NCBI GenBank assembly: GCA_026708565.1
Contig: JAPOUR010000005.1
Location: forward strand, 32,273-96,272
Length of the DNA: 64,000 nucleotides
Direction: 5' to 3'
Source: Candidatus Dadabacteria bacterium
Lineage (GTDB): Bacteria; Desulfobacterota_D; UBA1144; Nemesobacterales; Mycalebacteriaceae
Of this stretch, positions 8,584-17,442 are shown piece after piece. How positions within the stretch are numbered: the stretch's first letter is position 1; each line of letters starts with the position of its first letter. The notes below the pieces were generated by a model. That model made no database searches, was not told the origin of the DNA, and was given only the letters and a program-made list of their open reading frames with translations. Made by a program: the position numbers and the translations under genes.

Positions 8584-9467
8584 GGTTGAAGCAACCTTGT
8601 GATTTCGTAAAAATCAGGATGGTCTTTATGCGCCGCTTGCCATGCATCAAAAGCCGTAACTCCGTCGACACTTGCCCGTTTATCTGCTCCCGCTTTCAGC
8701 AATGCCTGTATTGCTTCGGTTTGGCCATGAATTGCCGCAATCATCAGAGCCGTGAGTCCATAATTCTCCCTTGCCTCTATATTAACCCCTGCTTTAAGCA
8801 ATGTCTGTATTGCTTCTATGTGCCCGCCGCCGAACAACGCTGCCATCAGAACCGTTGCGCCTAAATGATTTTTTGCCTCTATATCCGCTCCCGCTTTCAG
8901 CAATACTTGTATTGCTTCGGTTTGGCCATGAAATGCCGCCTGCCTTAGAGCCGTCCCGCCGCTTATACTCTCTCTTGCCTCTATATCCGCTCCCGCTTTC
9001 AGCAATGCCTGTATTGCTTCGGTTTGGCCGCCACCTGTCGCAAGCATTAAAGCCGTCAAATCGCTTTCACTCTCTCTTGCTTCTATATCTGCTCCCGCTT
9101 TCAGCAATGCCTGTATTGCTTCGGTTTGGCCGCCACCTGTCGCAAGCATTAAAGCCGTCAAATCGCTTTCACTCTCTCTTGCTTCTATATCTGCTCCCGC
9201 TTTTAGCAACTCTCTTACTGCTTCTGTCTGCCCGAGGATCGCCGCAATCATCAGAGCCGTCCAGCCATCGTTATCCTTTGCCTCTATGTCCGCACCCGCT
9301 TTTAGTAACTCTCGTATTGCTTTAGAGTTTCCGTCCCTCGCCGCAAACATTAGAGGTGTCCAACCTCTCTCATTCACCTCGGTTTGCGACCCATAAAGAC
9401 CCGCATAGTAAGCCGCACCCATTAAAACGACAACCGCTATGGCAAACCCGTAAAATGCTCTGTTCAT
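8580..9467 (-). CDS. Ankyrin-repeat protein with N-terminal TM/signal anchor
   Basis: About 7 ANK repeats (TALM.AA..G..E.v..LLKAGADIEA). Hydrophobic N-terminus. Confidence 0.8.
   Translation of the reverse strand: MNRAFYGFAIAVVVLMGAAYYAGLYGSQTEVNERGWTPLMFAARDGNSKAIRELLKAGADIEAKDNDGWTALMIAAILGQTEAVRELLKAGADIEARESESDLTALMLATGGGQTEAIQALLKAGADIEARESESDLTALMLATGGGQTEAIQALLKAGADIEARESISGGTALRQAAFHGQTEAIQVLLKAGADIEAKNHLGATVLMAALFGGGHIEAIQTLLKAGVNIEARENYGLTALMIAAIHGQTEAIQALLKAGADKRASVDGVTAFDAWQAAHKDHPDFYEITRLLQP
8995..9198. repeat. Perfect tandem duplication, 2 x 102 bp, inside the ankyrin gene
   Basis: Two identical 102-bp units. Each encodes ARESESDLTALMLATGGGQTEAIQALLKAGADIE. Confidence 0.8.
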
Positions 9468-9551
9468 CTCTCAATCCTTCCCGTCATCGGTTTGTTGGAC
9501 GGCGAAACCCTAACGGCAATCTCCCCGTTTTGTCAACGGCACATCTCCCCA

Positions 9552-9586
9552 TCCCCTCTGGATTCCGTGCGGAGCACGGAATGACG
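9552..9586. repeat. REP-like hairpin element copy B: CCCCTCTGGATTCCGTG-CGGAG-CACGGAATGACGG
   Basis: Same element as 1964-1999, with compensatory T>G / A>C changes that keep the stem. Partial direct repeat cccatccctctg at 9606-9617. Confidence 0.5.
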
Positions 9587-9637
9587 GGGAAAGCAATACT
9601 GCTTCTCCCCCATCCCTCTGCCTCTAACCGCCAAACA

Positions 9638-10135
9638 TCAACCCGATTTATCCCGCCCCGGAAAATCAAACTCAACCACCCTTCCCTCTCCCGCCGAAAC
9701 CCCGCTCCATTTTTCCGAACCCGTTTCTATATGAACAACCCCGCAAGTCGGCATTTCTATCTCCGCTCCCGCAAGAAGGTTCGCAACCCCGCTTACCGCA
9801 AAATTGTGACAGAAAACCGCAACAGTGGAAAACCCGTCATCAACAGACCGGACGGCGGACAAAAGCCTTTCAACATCAAAGGTGTAAAACCCTTCATCCC
9901 TTACAATATCCTCAACCGAAACCCCCACCTCCCCCGCAACAATTCTCGCCGTTTCATAAGCCCTTTTCGCAACACTTGAATAAAAGGCGTCAAAATTAAC
10001 CCTTCCTGCTTTAAGCCGTTTCCCCATCTCCGCCGCCTCCGCCTTTCCCCTGTCCGAAAGCGGACGTTTCGAATCATCCGCAACCCCCGACTTCCTTCCG
10101 CTGTGGGCGTGCCTTATCAGAAAAAGCGTTTTCAC
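9638..10135 (-). CDS. Histidine phosphatase family protein (SixA-like)
   Basis: N-terminal LIRHAHSG (RHG motif). 165 aa. 4-bp overlap with the upstream otsBA gene. Confidence 0.7.
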   Translation of the reverse strand: MKTLFLIRHAHSGRKSGVADDSKRPLSDRGKAEAAEMGKRLKAGRVNFDAFYSSVAKRAYETARIVAGEVGVSVEDIVRDEGFYTFDVERLLSAVRSVDDGFSTVAVFCHNFAVSGVANLLAGAEIEMPTCGVVHIETGSEKWSGVSAGEGRVVEFDFPGRDKSG

Positions 10136-12336
10136 TTAACCCTCGCCAACCGATGCACAAACTGCCGCGCCTCTGTGACCGAAGGCGTATAAAACCTCGC
10201 CCTGCTCGGTCGCCCGTGCCCGACCTTGATTGAATAAGCATAAGACGGAAGCGCCGAAAACATATCCTCATCCGTAACATCATCCCCCATTGCAATCGCG
10301 CAATCCCACCCGCCGCCTGAAAACCACGGGAGAACACCCGCGCCCTTGTTGACCGACAAATCCCCCACCTCAACAATCTTGTTTCCCTGCGTTACCCTGA
10401 CATTGAGATTTTGCACCATTCCGGCGAGCGCCTCGTTAATCTCCCCCACCCTCACAACCGCAAGCGCGGGGTCAACCTTTCTGTAATGCCACACAAGAGA
10501 ATAGTTTTTTTCCTCCACAAACGAGCCGGGAGTTCTGTCGGAAAATATCTCAAGCACGGACAAAACCTCTTTTTTCCAACCCGGCGTTTCGGGAGAAGTG
10601 CGCCGCCATTTCCCCCCGTCTCTTATCCACGCGCCATGCTCGGCAATGATGCAGTTGCTCACTTTCCCAAGCCAGCGGGAGAGGGTTTTTCTGTCTCTGC
10701 CGCTCACTATCACAAGTTTGATTTTCGGATTCGCGGCAACGGCTCGCAGACTTTTTAATATCTCATCATCGGGCTTTGCGTCTTCGGGGTTCTCCCTGAA
10801 AGAAACAAGCGTGCCGTCATAGTCCAGCAACACTATGGACTTTTTGCCCCTTCTTACCTTTCCGATGATTTCATCCGCCGCCCGCTTTGACAAAATCCTT
10901 GAAGACATGGCGGACTGCATGCGCCTTGTCTGCCGCAGTTTGTCCAGAAAATCGCGCGTCCACTTGGCAAGGTCGTATCTGACAAGCCGCCGCCTCATCG
11001 CCTCCATTCGCTGCTTGCGCTCCGCTGTGGGCGTCTCCAGAGCCGCGCGAAGCGCCCCCGCCGTGGCGGAAAAGTCATTCGGGTTGACTATGAACGCCTC
11101 TCCAAGCTCCCTTGAAGTGCCCGCCATCTCGCTCAAAATAAGCGCCCCCCGCCCGTCCGGGCGTGAAGCGACATACTCTTTTGCAATCAGATTCATCCCG
11201 TCCCGGACGGGGGTTATGAAAAGAACATCCGCAAGCGCGTAAAGGGAAACCATCTCCCGGAAACTGAAAGAGCGGTAAAGGTATTTAATCGGCTCCCAGT
11301 TCATTGTTCCCCACTTGCCGTTGATTTCACTCACCATCCGCTCAATTTCTGAGCGCAGAGTTTTGTAACTCTCAACATCGGAGCGCGAAGGGACTGCGAC
11401 AAGCAGAAGAACCGCCCTGCCCCGCCAGTTCGGGTTTTCCTTTAAGAACAAGTCAAACGCCTCAAGCCGCCTGTCTATGCCCTTTGTGTAATCCAGCCGG
11501 TCAATGGAAAGAATTACGCGGCAGTTCGGGGAAAAAAGGCGCGACTTTTTCCTGATGCTGTTTTTCACGGACTCCAGTTTGAGGGCGGAGGAAAACTTTT
11601 TCACATCCACGCCCATGGGGAACATGTCCGCTTTGACAAGGCGGGAGCCGACATTGAAAACGCCCATTGAGTTTTCAATTCTCTTGATTCGCCTCACGCT
11701 CTCTGAAAAATGCCGCACATAGTCAAAGGTGTGAAAGCCCACAAGGTCCGCCCCTAACATGCCGTCAAGGATTTCCGCCGCGCCCGGAAGCATTCTGAAA
11801 ATTTCGGAGGAAGGGAAAGGTATGTGAAGAAAGAACCCGATCTCGGCATCGGGAAGCCGCTCCCTCAAAAGCGAGGGAAGAAGCATCAGGTGGTAGTCGT
11901 GAACCCATATTGTGTCATTCCCGTCCGCCACTTCAAGAACGGCTTTTGCAAACTTTTTGTTCACCTTCCGGTATGCGTTAAAAAAGTGTTTGTCATATTC
12001 GGCAATCTGAGGGAAGTAGTGAAAGAGCGGCCAGAGGGTTGAGTTGCAAAAGCCGTTGTAGTAACCCTCGGTCTCCGCATCATCCAGAAAAACGGGATGA
12101 AGGCCGGGCCCAAGCAGCCGCTTTATCTCTTGCGTCCGCCCGGGGCTCATTCCGGAAGACGAAACGCCGGGCCAGCCCACCCACACGGCGTCTGCGCCGA
12201 AGTTCGCGCCGCCGATGCCCGTGGCAACCCCGCCTATGTTGCGCTTGAGGGAAACTCCCCCCGCGCCGGTGTTCGCCGCGCCAACCTTTGCGGAGAGGGG
12301 CGGGCGGTTTGAGACTGTGATTATTTTTCCTGCCAT
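10132..12336 (-). CDS. otsA: Bifunctional trehalose-6-phosphate synthase / trehalose-6-phosphatase (OtsA-OtsB fusion)
   Basis: N-terminal GT20 OtsA domain (IITVSNRPP...). C-terminal HAD TPP domain (SIVLLDYDGTLV). Start taken at MAGKII to avoid overlap with the divergent tlpA-like gene. Confidence 0.85.
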   Translation of the reverse strand: MAGKIITVSNRPPLSAKVGAANTGAGGVSLKRNIGGVATGIGGANFGADAVWVGWPGVSSSGMSPGRTQEIKRLLGPGLHPVFLDDAETEGYYNGFCNSTLWPLFHYFPQIAEYDKHFFNAYRKVNKKFAKAVLEVADGNDTIWVHDYHLMLLPSLLRERLPDAEIGFFLHIPFPSSEIFRMLPGAAEILDGMLGADLVGFHTFDYVRHFSESVRRIKRIENSMGVFNVGSRLVKADMFPMGVDVKKFSSALKLESVKNSIRKKSRLFSPNCRVILSIDRLDYTKGIDRRLEAFDLFLKENPNWRGRAVLLLVAVPSRSDVESYKTLRSEIERMVSEINGKWGTMNWEPIKYLYRSFSFREMVSLYALADVLFITPVRDGMNLIAKEYVASRPDGRGALILSEMAGTSRELGEAFIVNPNDFSATAGALRAALETPTAERKQRMEAMRRRLVRYDLAKWTRDFLDKLRQTRRMQSAMSSRILSKRAADEIIGKVRRGKKSIVLLDYDGTLVSFRENPEDAKPDDEILKSLRAVAANPKIKLVIVSGRDRKTLSRWLGKVSNCIIAEHGAWIRDGGKWRRTSPETPGWKKEVLSVLEIFSDRTPGSFVEEKNYSLVWHYRKVDPALAVVRVGEINEALAGMVQNLNVRVTQGNKIVEVGDLSVNKGAGVLPWFSGGGWDCAIAMGDDVTDEDMFSALPSYAYSIKVGHGRPSRARFYTPSVTEARQFVHRLARVK

Positions 12337-12397
12337 TTTTCCGGCGCTCTGGCAATATCCGGGCGGATAATGTAATACTATACGCGAAGCGGGCGGT

Positions 12398-12922
12398 ATG
12401 AGAACAGTAACGCGAGTCATCAGCGCGGCGCTCATCGCCGTTGTCGCAGTCTTAATTGTTTACTCTTTTGAAAGGCGTCTCTCCGGACAGCGCGGAGACT
12501 GGCCGGACTCTCCCCTGATTGGCAAGCCCGCGCCCGGCTTGCGGCTGACCCTGTTTGACGGAAAAAAGTTTGACATTGCCGGTGCGCCGGGGCGGCCTGT
12601 GGTGCTGAACTTCTGGGCGTCATGGTGTCTTCCGTGCGCTCAGGAGGCGGAAGAACTCAACAGGGCGCAAAGGGCGTACGGAAAAGATGCCGTCATTATG
12701 GGCGTCAATGTTATGGATGACAGGGAAGCCGCGCTTGAGTTCATCGCGAGGCACGGCGTTGAATACCCGAACGGCTACGACCCGGACAAAGCCGTCCACA
12801 TTGATTACGGTGTCGCGGGCGTTCCGGAAACCTTTTTCATCTCTCCCGACGGCAGGATAGTGAGCAAGATATCGGGTCCCGTAACCTTTGCCGAAATATC
12901 ATCGGGACTGAGGCAAAATTGA
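12398..12922 (+). CDS. TlpA/ResA/CcmG-like thiol:disulfide oxidoreductase (membrane-anchored thioredoxin fold)
   Basis: N-terminal TM helix. WASWCLPC active site. Confidence 0.75.
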   Translation: MRTVTRVISAALIAVVAVLIVYSFERRLSGQRGDWPDSPLIGKPAPGLRLTLFDGKKFDIAGAPGRPVVLNFWASWCLPCAQEAEELNRAQRAYGKDAVIMGVNVMDDREAALEFIARHGVEYPNGYDPDKAVHIDYGVAGVPETFFISPDGRIVSKISGPVTFAEISSGLRQN

Positions 12923-12963
12923 CACCGCCCGCTTTGCCGTAAAAAATTGTCCCGTCCTGTGTT

Positions 12964-14442
12964 ATGAACCTTGCCCAGCTTACAGCAAACGCCTCTCTGA
13001 TAGCCCCGGAGATTGCGCTGTGCATTGCGGGACTTGTCCTCGCCGTTGCCGCGCCCGTATTGAAAACCGTCTCTGAACAGAGGCGCGGGACGATCTTCTG
13101 CGCCGTTGCGCTTATCGGGTTTGCCATCGCCTTTGTTCTCAACGCGGACAGGTTCGGCGGCGCGGAGAGCGCGTTTTCCGGCACTCTTTACCTTGATGAT
13201 TTCTCCGCTTTTTTCAACTCCATATTTCTTGCAAGCGCGGCGGCGGCGTCCCTTTTTGCCGCCTCTTACATAAGAGAATCCGAGCGGCTTGGAGAGTTTC
13301 TCGCCCTTGTCTCGCTGTGTGTGCCGGGGATGATGCTGATGGCCGAATCGGTTGAGTTCGTGTCGCTTTTCGTTTCGTTTGAAGTGGTTTCAATCTGCGC
13401 CTACGCCCTTGCCGGATTTTCGTCCCGAACCGTTGCCCCCGCCGAGGCGGGGATTAAGTATCTGGTTACGGGAGGGTTTTCCTCCGCCGTTATGCTTCTG
13501 GGCATCGCGCTGCTTTACGGCGGGACGGGAAGTCTGGAATTCGGCGTCATATCGGGCGCGTTTGAAGCCTCGCCGTCAAATCCGATGTTGCTTGCGGGCG
13601 CGGCTCTTGTGTTTACGGGCTTCATATTCAAGGCGGGCGCCGCCCCCCTTCATCAGTGGATTCCCGATGTTTACCACGGCGCGCCCATGCCTGCGACCGC
13701 TTTTATGTCCGTGGGCGTCAAGGTGGCAGCGATTGCGGTTCTGGCAAGGTTTGTCGTGGAAATAGGGTCAGCCGGGCAGTGGGCGCTTCCGGTGATAGTC
13801 AGCGCGGTTGCCGCGGTAACCATGCTTGCCGGAAACATATCGGCCATAGCGCAGAGCAATGTGAAGAGAATGCTCGCATATTCAAGCGTCGCCCATGTGG
13901 GGTATGTTCTGGTCGGTGTCGCCGCCTATTTGTCCGGGGACGACCCGGCGGGGCTTTCCGGCGTTTTCTATTACTCTTACGCCTATGCGGCGGTCAGCCT
14001 CGGCGCGTTCGGGTTGCTGTCCGTTCTTGGAAGAGACGGAAACGAATACCAGACTTTCGGCGACATATCAGGGCTGTGGCGGACAAAACCCGCCGCCGCA
14101 TTGGCTCTTGCGGTGTTTATGTTTGCGCTCGCGGGAGTTCCTCCGACCATAGGTTTTTTTGCAAAATACCGGGTCTTCCTTCCGGCGGCGCAGGAGGGAT
14201 TGCACTTTCTGGTGGTGTTTGCCCTTGTCAACAGCGTGGTCTCCGCCTACTACTATTTGAAGGTTGCGGTGTTCGCGTTTATGAAGCCGGTGTCAAAACA
14301 GCAGACCGCCGGATGGAAAGCGGGGCTCGGAGCGCGCGCGGCGGTCGCCTTATTGTGCGTTGTAACCCTGCTGCTGGGGATTGCGCCGTTTGACACGGCG
14401 GGGCTTGCCGAATCCGCCGCGCGGGCGCTGACTTTACGATGA
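12964..14442 (+). CDS. nuoN: NADH-quinone oxidoreductase subunit N (NuoN / Mrp antiporter-like)
   Basis: 492 aa, 14 TM. Matches the NuoN-type antiporter-like subunit. Confidence 0.8.
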   Translation: MNLAQLTANASLIAPEIALCIAGLVLAVAAPVLKTVSEQRRGTIFCAVALIGFAIAFVLNADRFGGAESAFSGTLYLDDFSAFFNSIFLASAAAASLFAASYIRESERLGEFLALVSLCVPGMMLMAESVEFVSLFVSFEVVSICAYALAGFSSRTVAPAEAGIKYLVTGGFSSAVMLLGIALLYGGTGSLEFGVISGAFEASPSNPMLLAGAALVFTGFIFKAGAAPLHQWIPDVYHGAPMPATAFMSVGVKVAAIAVLARFVVEIGSAGQWALPVIVSAVAAVTMLAGNISAIAQSNVKRMLAYSSVAHVGYVLVGVAAYLSGDDPAGLSGVFYYSYAYAAVSLGAFGLLSVLGRDGNEYQTFGDISGLWRTKPAAALALAVFMFALAGVPPTIGFFAKYRVFLPAAQEGLHFLVVFALVNSVVSAYYYLKVAVFAFMKPVSKQQTAGWKAGLGARAAVALLCVVTLLLGIAPFDTAGLAESAARALTLR

Positions 14443-16661
14443 GCAACAAAAAAGGAGGATTTAAAAAAGAGGCGGCGGCTGTCGGCGTCTTTCTGCTCGG
14501 AGCAATAACGGCGGCGGGGCTTGTTGCGGGCGGCTCGCTTTCGCCGTTCGGCGGAGGCGCGGTCGGATGGGTTGGCAAAACAGTATCGGGGACGCTGTCT
14601 TCCGCATTCGGGGTCGCCTCCCTGCTGATTCCCGCCGGGTGCGCCTACCTGTGCGTCCGCCTTGTATTTTTCAGCGTGAAGGGAAAGGCGCTTCTGAAAG
14701 ACGCCGCCGCCGCCATAGGGCTTCTGGCGTCAACCGCGCTTTTGTCCGGTCTGGCTCTTGAGGGGGTTTTGGTAAACCACCTCACTCAGGACGGCGCGGG
14801 CGGGAAACTGGGACGGGAGATTCTACGCTTCACAGTGGATACGGTTGGTGTGTTCGGCTCTTATGTGGTCGGGCTTTCCGTTGTTTCCGTGTGCCTTGTG
14901 TTTCTTGCAAGAACCAGCCTGCGGACGGTTCTGTCATCAGGTTTTAACGCCGTTGCAAAAACATTGAGCGTGTCTCTGAAAGCCGTCGTTTCCGTTCTTT
15001 TGCGCCTGTCGGAAATGCTGCGGAGCGCGGCAGTGTTTGCCGCCGGTCTGGTGAAAAAGTTCCGCGCAAAAACCCCGCCCTCCCCGCCGGTAATCAAGGA
15101 AGAAAAACAACCCGCGCCCGTTGTCCCCTCCGGCGAAGAAAAGGCGGCGGAAGCCCCGAAACTGGTCATCAAAAAACAGGATAAGAAAAATCCCAAACCG
15201 GCGGAAAAAGACCCCGCCCCCCGGCCTGAAGGGCGCAGTTTTGCCCTTCCTCCCATAAACCTGCTGGAAAGGCCGGAAGGCGGAAAAACGGAGATTGACA
15301 AGGAAAGCGCCTACGGGAGCGCGCGCCTGATTGAGGAAAAACTCCAGAGTTTCGGCGTTTCGGGAAAAGTAACGGAGATCAGGCCCGGCCCCGTTATCAC
15401 CATGTTTGAATACAAGCCCGCCTCCGGGGTCAAGGTGAGCAAGATCGCCTCGCTTGAAGATGACCTTGCGATGAACCTCAGCGCGAGCAGCATAAGAATC
15501 ATATCCCCCATTCCGGGCAGGGATGTGGTGGGCATTGAAGTCCCCAACAACCGGCGGGAGAAGGTATGCCTGAGGGAAATTATAGAAAACCCCGAATTTG
15601 CGGCAAATAAATCGCTTCTTACCATAGCGGTCGGCAAAGACATATCCGGCGCGCCCTATTACACCGACCTTGCCGCCGCCCCTCACCTGATGATAGCGGG
15701 AACGACCGGGTCGGGCAAAAGCGTGCTTCTGAACTCGCTGCTCGCAAGCCTGTTTTACAAAACGGGGCCGGACAGGCTGCGCCTCCTTATGATAGACCCG
15801 AAAATGCTTGAGTTTGCCATTTATGAAGACATCCCCCACCTGCTCCACCCCATTGTTACAGAGCCGAGAAAAGCAATCGCCGCCCTCAAGTGGGCGGTCG
15901 CCGAGATGGAGGGCAGGTACAAGGTTCTTTCCCAAAAAGGCGTGAGAAACATAGATTCATACAACTCCGCAATAGAGCGGGATGAGGGTCCCGGCTCGCC
16001 GCAAATTATGCCCTACATTGTAATTCTGATAGACGAACTTGCGGATTTGATAATGTCCGCCGCGTCCGACACGCGGGACTGCATTATCAGGATAGCGCAG
16101 AAGGCGCGCGCGGCGGGAATACACCTTGTTGTTGCCACTCAGCGCCCGTCCGCGGATGTGGTTTCGGGACTTTTGAAAGCGAACATTCCGGCAAGAATCT
16201 CGTTTCTGGTCTCATCAAAGGTGGACTCAAGGATTATCCTTGACGCTCAGGGAGCGGAAAGTCTGTTAGGCAAGGGAGACATGCTTTATCTCAAGCCCGG
16301 AACCGGCGCGCTGGAGAGAATTCAGGGCGCGCTGATAACGGACGAGGAGCGGGAGAGAATTGTTGATTTTCTCAAATCACAGGGCGAGCCCGCGTTTGAC
16401 AGCGCGGTTGCGGACGCCATCAACAAACCTGAGGGCGAGCAGGGTGATTCCAGCACTGAGGAGCGGGACGAGATGTATGAGCAGGCGCTTGAAATAGTCA
16501 CCGAAGCGGGGCAGGTGTCAATATCAATGCTTCAGCGGCGGCTTAAGATTGGCTACAACCGCGCGGCGACCATTGTTGAACAGATGGAGCGCGAGGGGAT
16601 TGTGGGAGAGCCGCAGGGAGCGGGAAAACCGAGAGAGGTTATTTCGCCGAGCGAGGGGTAA
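14439..16661 (+). CDS. ftsK: DNA translocase FtsK
   Basis: N-terminal TM helices. Pro/Lys-rich linker. Walker A GTTGSGKS. C-terminal gamma winged-helix domain. Confidence 0.9.
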   Translation: MSNKKGGFKKEAAAVGVFLLGAITAAGLVAGGSLSPFGGGAVGWVGKTVSGTLSSAFGVASLLIPAGCAYLCVRLVFFSVKGKALLKDAAAAIGLLASTALLSGLALEGVLVNHLTQDGAGGKLGREILRFTVDTVGVFGSYVVGLSVVSVCLVFLARTSLRTVLSSGFNAVAKTLSVSLKAVVSVLLRLSEMLRSAAVFAAGLVKKFRAKTPPSPPVIKEEKQPAPVVPSGEEKAAEAPKLVIKKQDKKNPKPAEKDPAPRPEGRSFALPPINLLERPEGGKTEIDKESAYGSARLIEEKLQSFGVSGKVTEIRPGPVITMFEYKPASGVKVSKIASLEDDLAMNLSASSIRIISPIPGRDVVGIEVPNNRREKVCLREIIENPEFAANKSLLTIAVGKDISGAPYYTDLAAAPHLMIAGTTGSGKSVLLNSLLASLFYKTGPDRLRLLMIDPKMLEFAIYEDIPHLLHPIVTEPRKAIAALKWAVAEMEGRYKVLSQKGVRNIDSYNSAIERDEGPGSPQIMPYIVILIDELADLIMSAASDTRDCIIRIAQKARAAGIHLVVATQRPSADVVSGLLKANIPARISFLVSSKVDSRIILDAQGAESLLGKGDMLYLKPGTGALERIQGALITDEERERIVDFLKSQGEPAFDSAVADAINKPEGEQGDSSTEERDEMYEQALEIVTEAGQVSISMLQRRLKIGYNRAATIVEQMEREGIVGEPQGAGKPREVISPSEG

Positions 16662-16707
16662 TGTATGTCTTTGTTTCAGTATAAGCCATGTGGTTGACCC
16701 ATGAAAA

Positions 16708-17442
16708 TCAACTAGAACTTCTTTTAAGGTGTTTGCGGATGACATCTTTTACATAGTCTGGCACTTCCTTCTGGGCTTTGGAAACTTCTTTCATGAGAAA
16801 CTCATACTCTTTGACTTCCTCGCCAGACCATAAGATGTCAAGCCTCCGCATGTCACGCATCGCGATATGCTTATAAGATTCTGGGTAGGCCCAGTAGCAC
16901 TGTTGGCATGTCTCAGCCTTCTTGATTGTCCAATTAGCACAATTCTCACAACTCCATGATTTCGCCCTGTTTGCAGACGCGCATAGAAGCATATAGTCAT
17001 CCATATTACTTGAAAGATCACTTTGGTCTCCCACAATTTCAAAAGGGATTCTGTGATCAATTTGCAATTCCCTTGGGGGAAATGATTCAAGGTAAATATT
17101 GCACCGTGCGCCGTGCTTCTCAATCAGTGTATTTTTCATGCTTGAAGAAAACGCCGTACGACCAGAAAGTTGTGCAGACCGGATTTCTGATGGGTCTCCA
17201 AACTTATATGCAGCGATTTTCCTTCCATCCGAACCGATGGCACGGAAAGTTTTAATAGGCACACCTTGTTCTCTCACATCTCTTATAGCACGAGGAGGAT
17301 GGTTGTAGCCATAAATGTCCTTCAATTCCTCGGTTGTTACCTGACCATGTTTGAGGATATGGTCAATAACTGTTTTGGGACGCTTGGCATTAATACTCTT
17401 CAGCAAAGCAAGAAACTTCTTGGGGTAACTTTGCTTAGTCAT
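16708..17442 (-). CDS. HNH endonuclease (putative type II restriction endonuclease)
   Basis: LQIDHRIPFEIVGD...LLCASANRAKS HNH core with flanking CxxC pairs. Co-operonic with the Dam-family MTase. Confidence 0.65.
   Translation of the reverse strand: MTKQSYPKKFLALLKSINAKRPKTVIDHILKHGQVTTEELKDIYGYNHPPRAIRDVREQGVPIKTFRAIGSDGRKIAAYKFGDPSEIRSAQLSGRTAFSSSMKNTLIEKHGARCNIYLESFPPRELQIDHRIPFEIVGDQSDLSSNMDDYMLLCASANRAKSWSCENCANWTIKKAETCQQCYWAYPESYKHIAMRDMRRLDILWSGEEVKEYEFLMKEVSKAQKEVPDYVKDVIRKHLKRSSS

Noticed and set aside
9356-9979. 207-aa + strand ORF
   Set aside because: It is antisense to the ankyrin and sixA genes, Pro/Arg/Ser-rich, and typical of spurious ORFs in high-GC DNA.
14937-15935. 332-aa minus-strand ORF
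   Set aside because: Antisense within ftsK. Arg/Gly-rich low-complexity translation.
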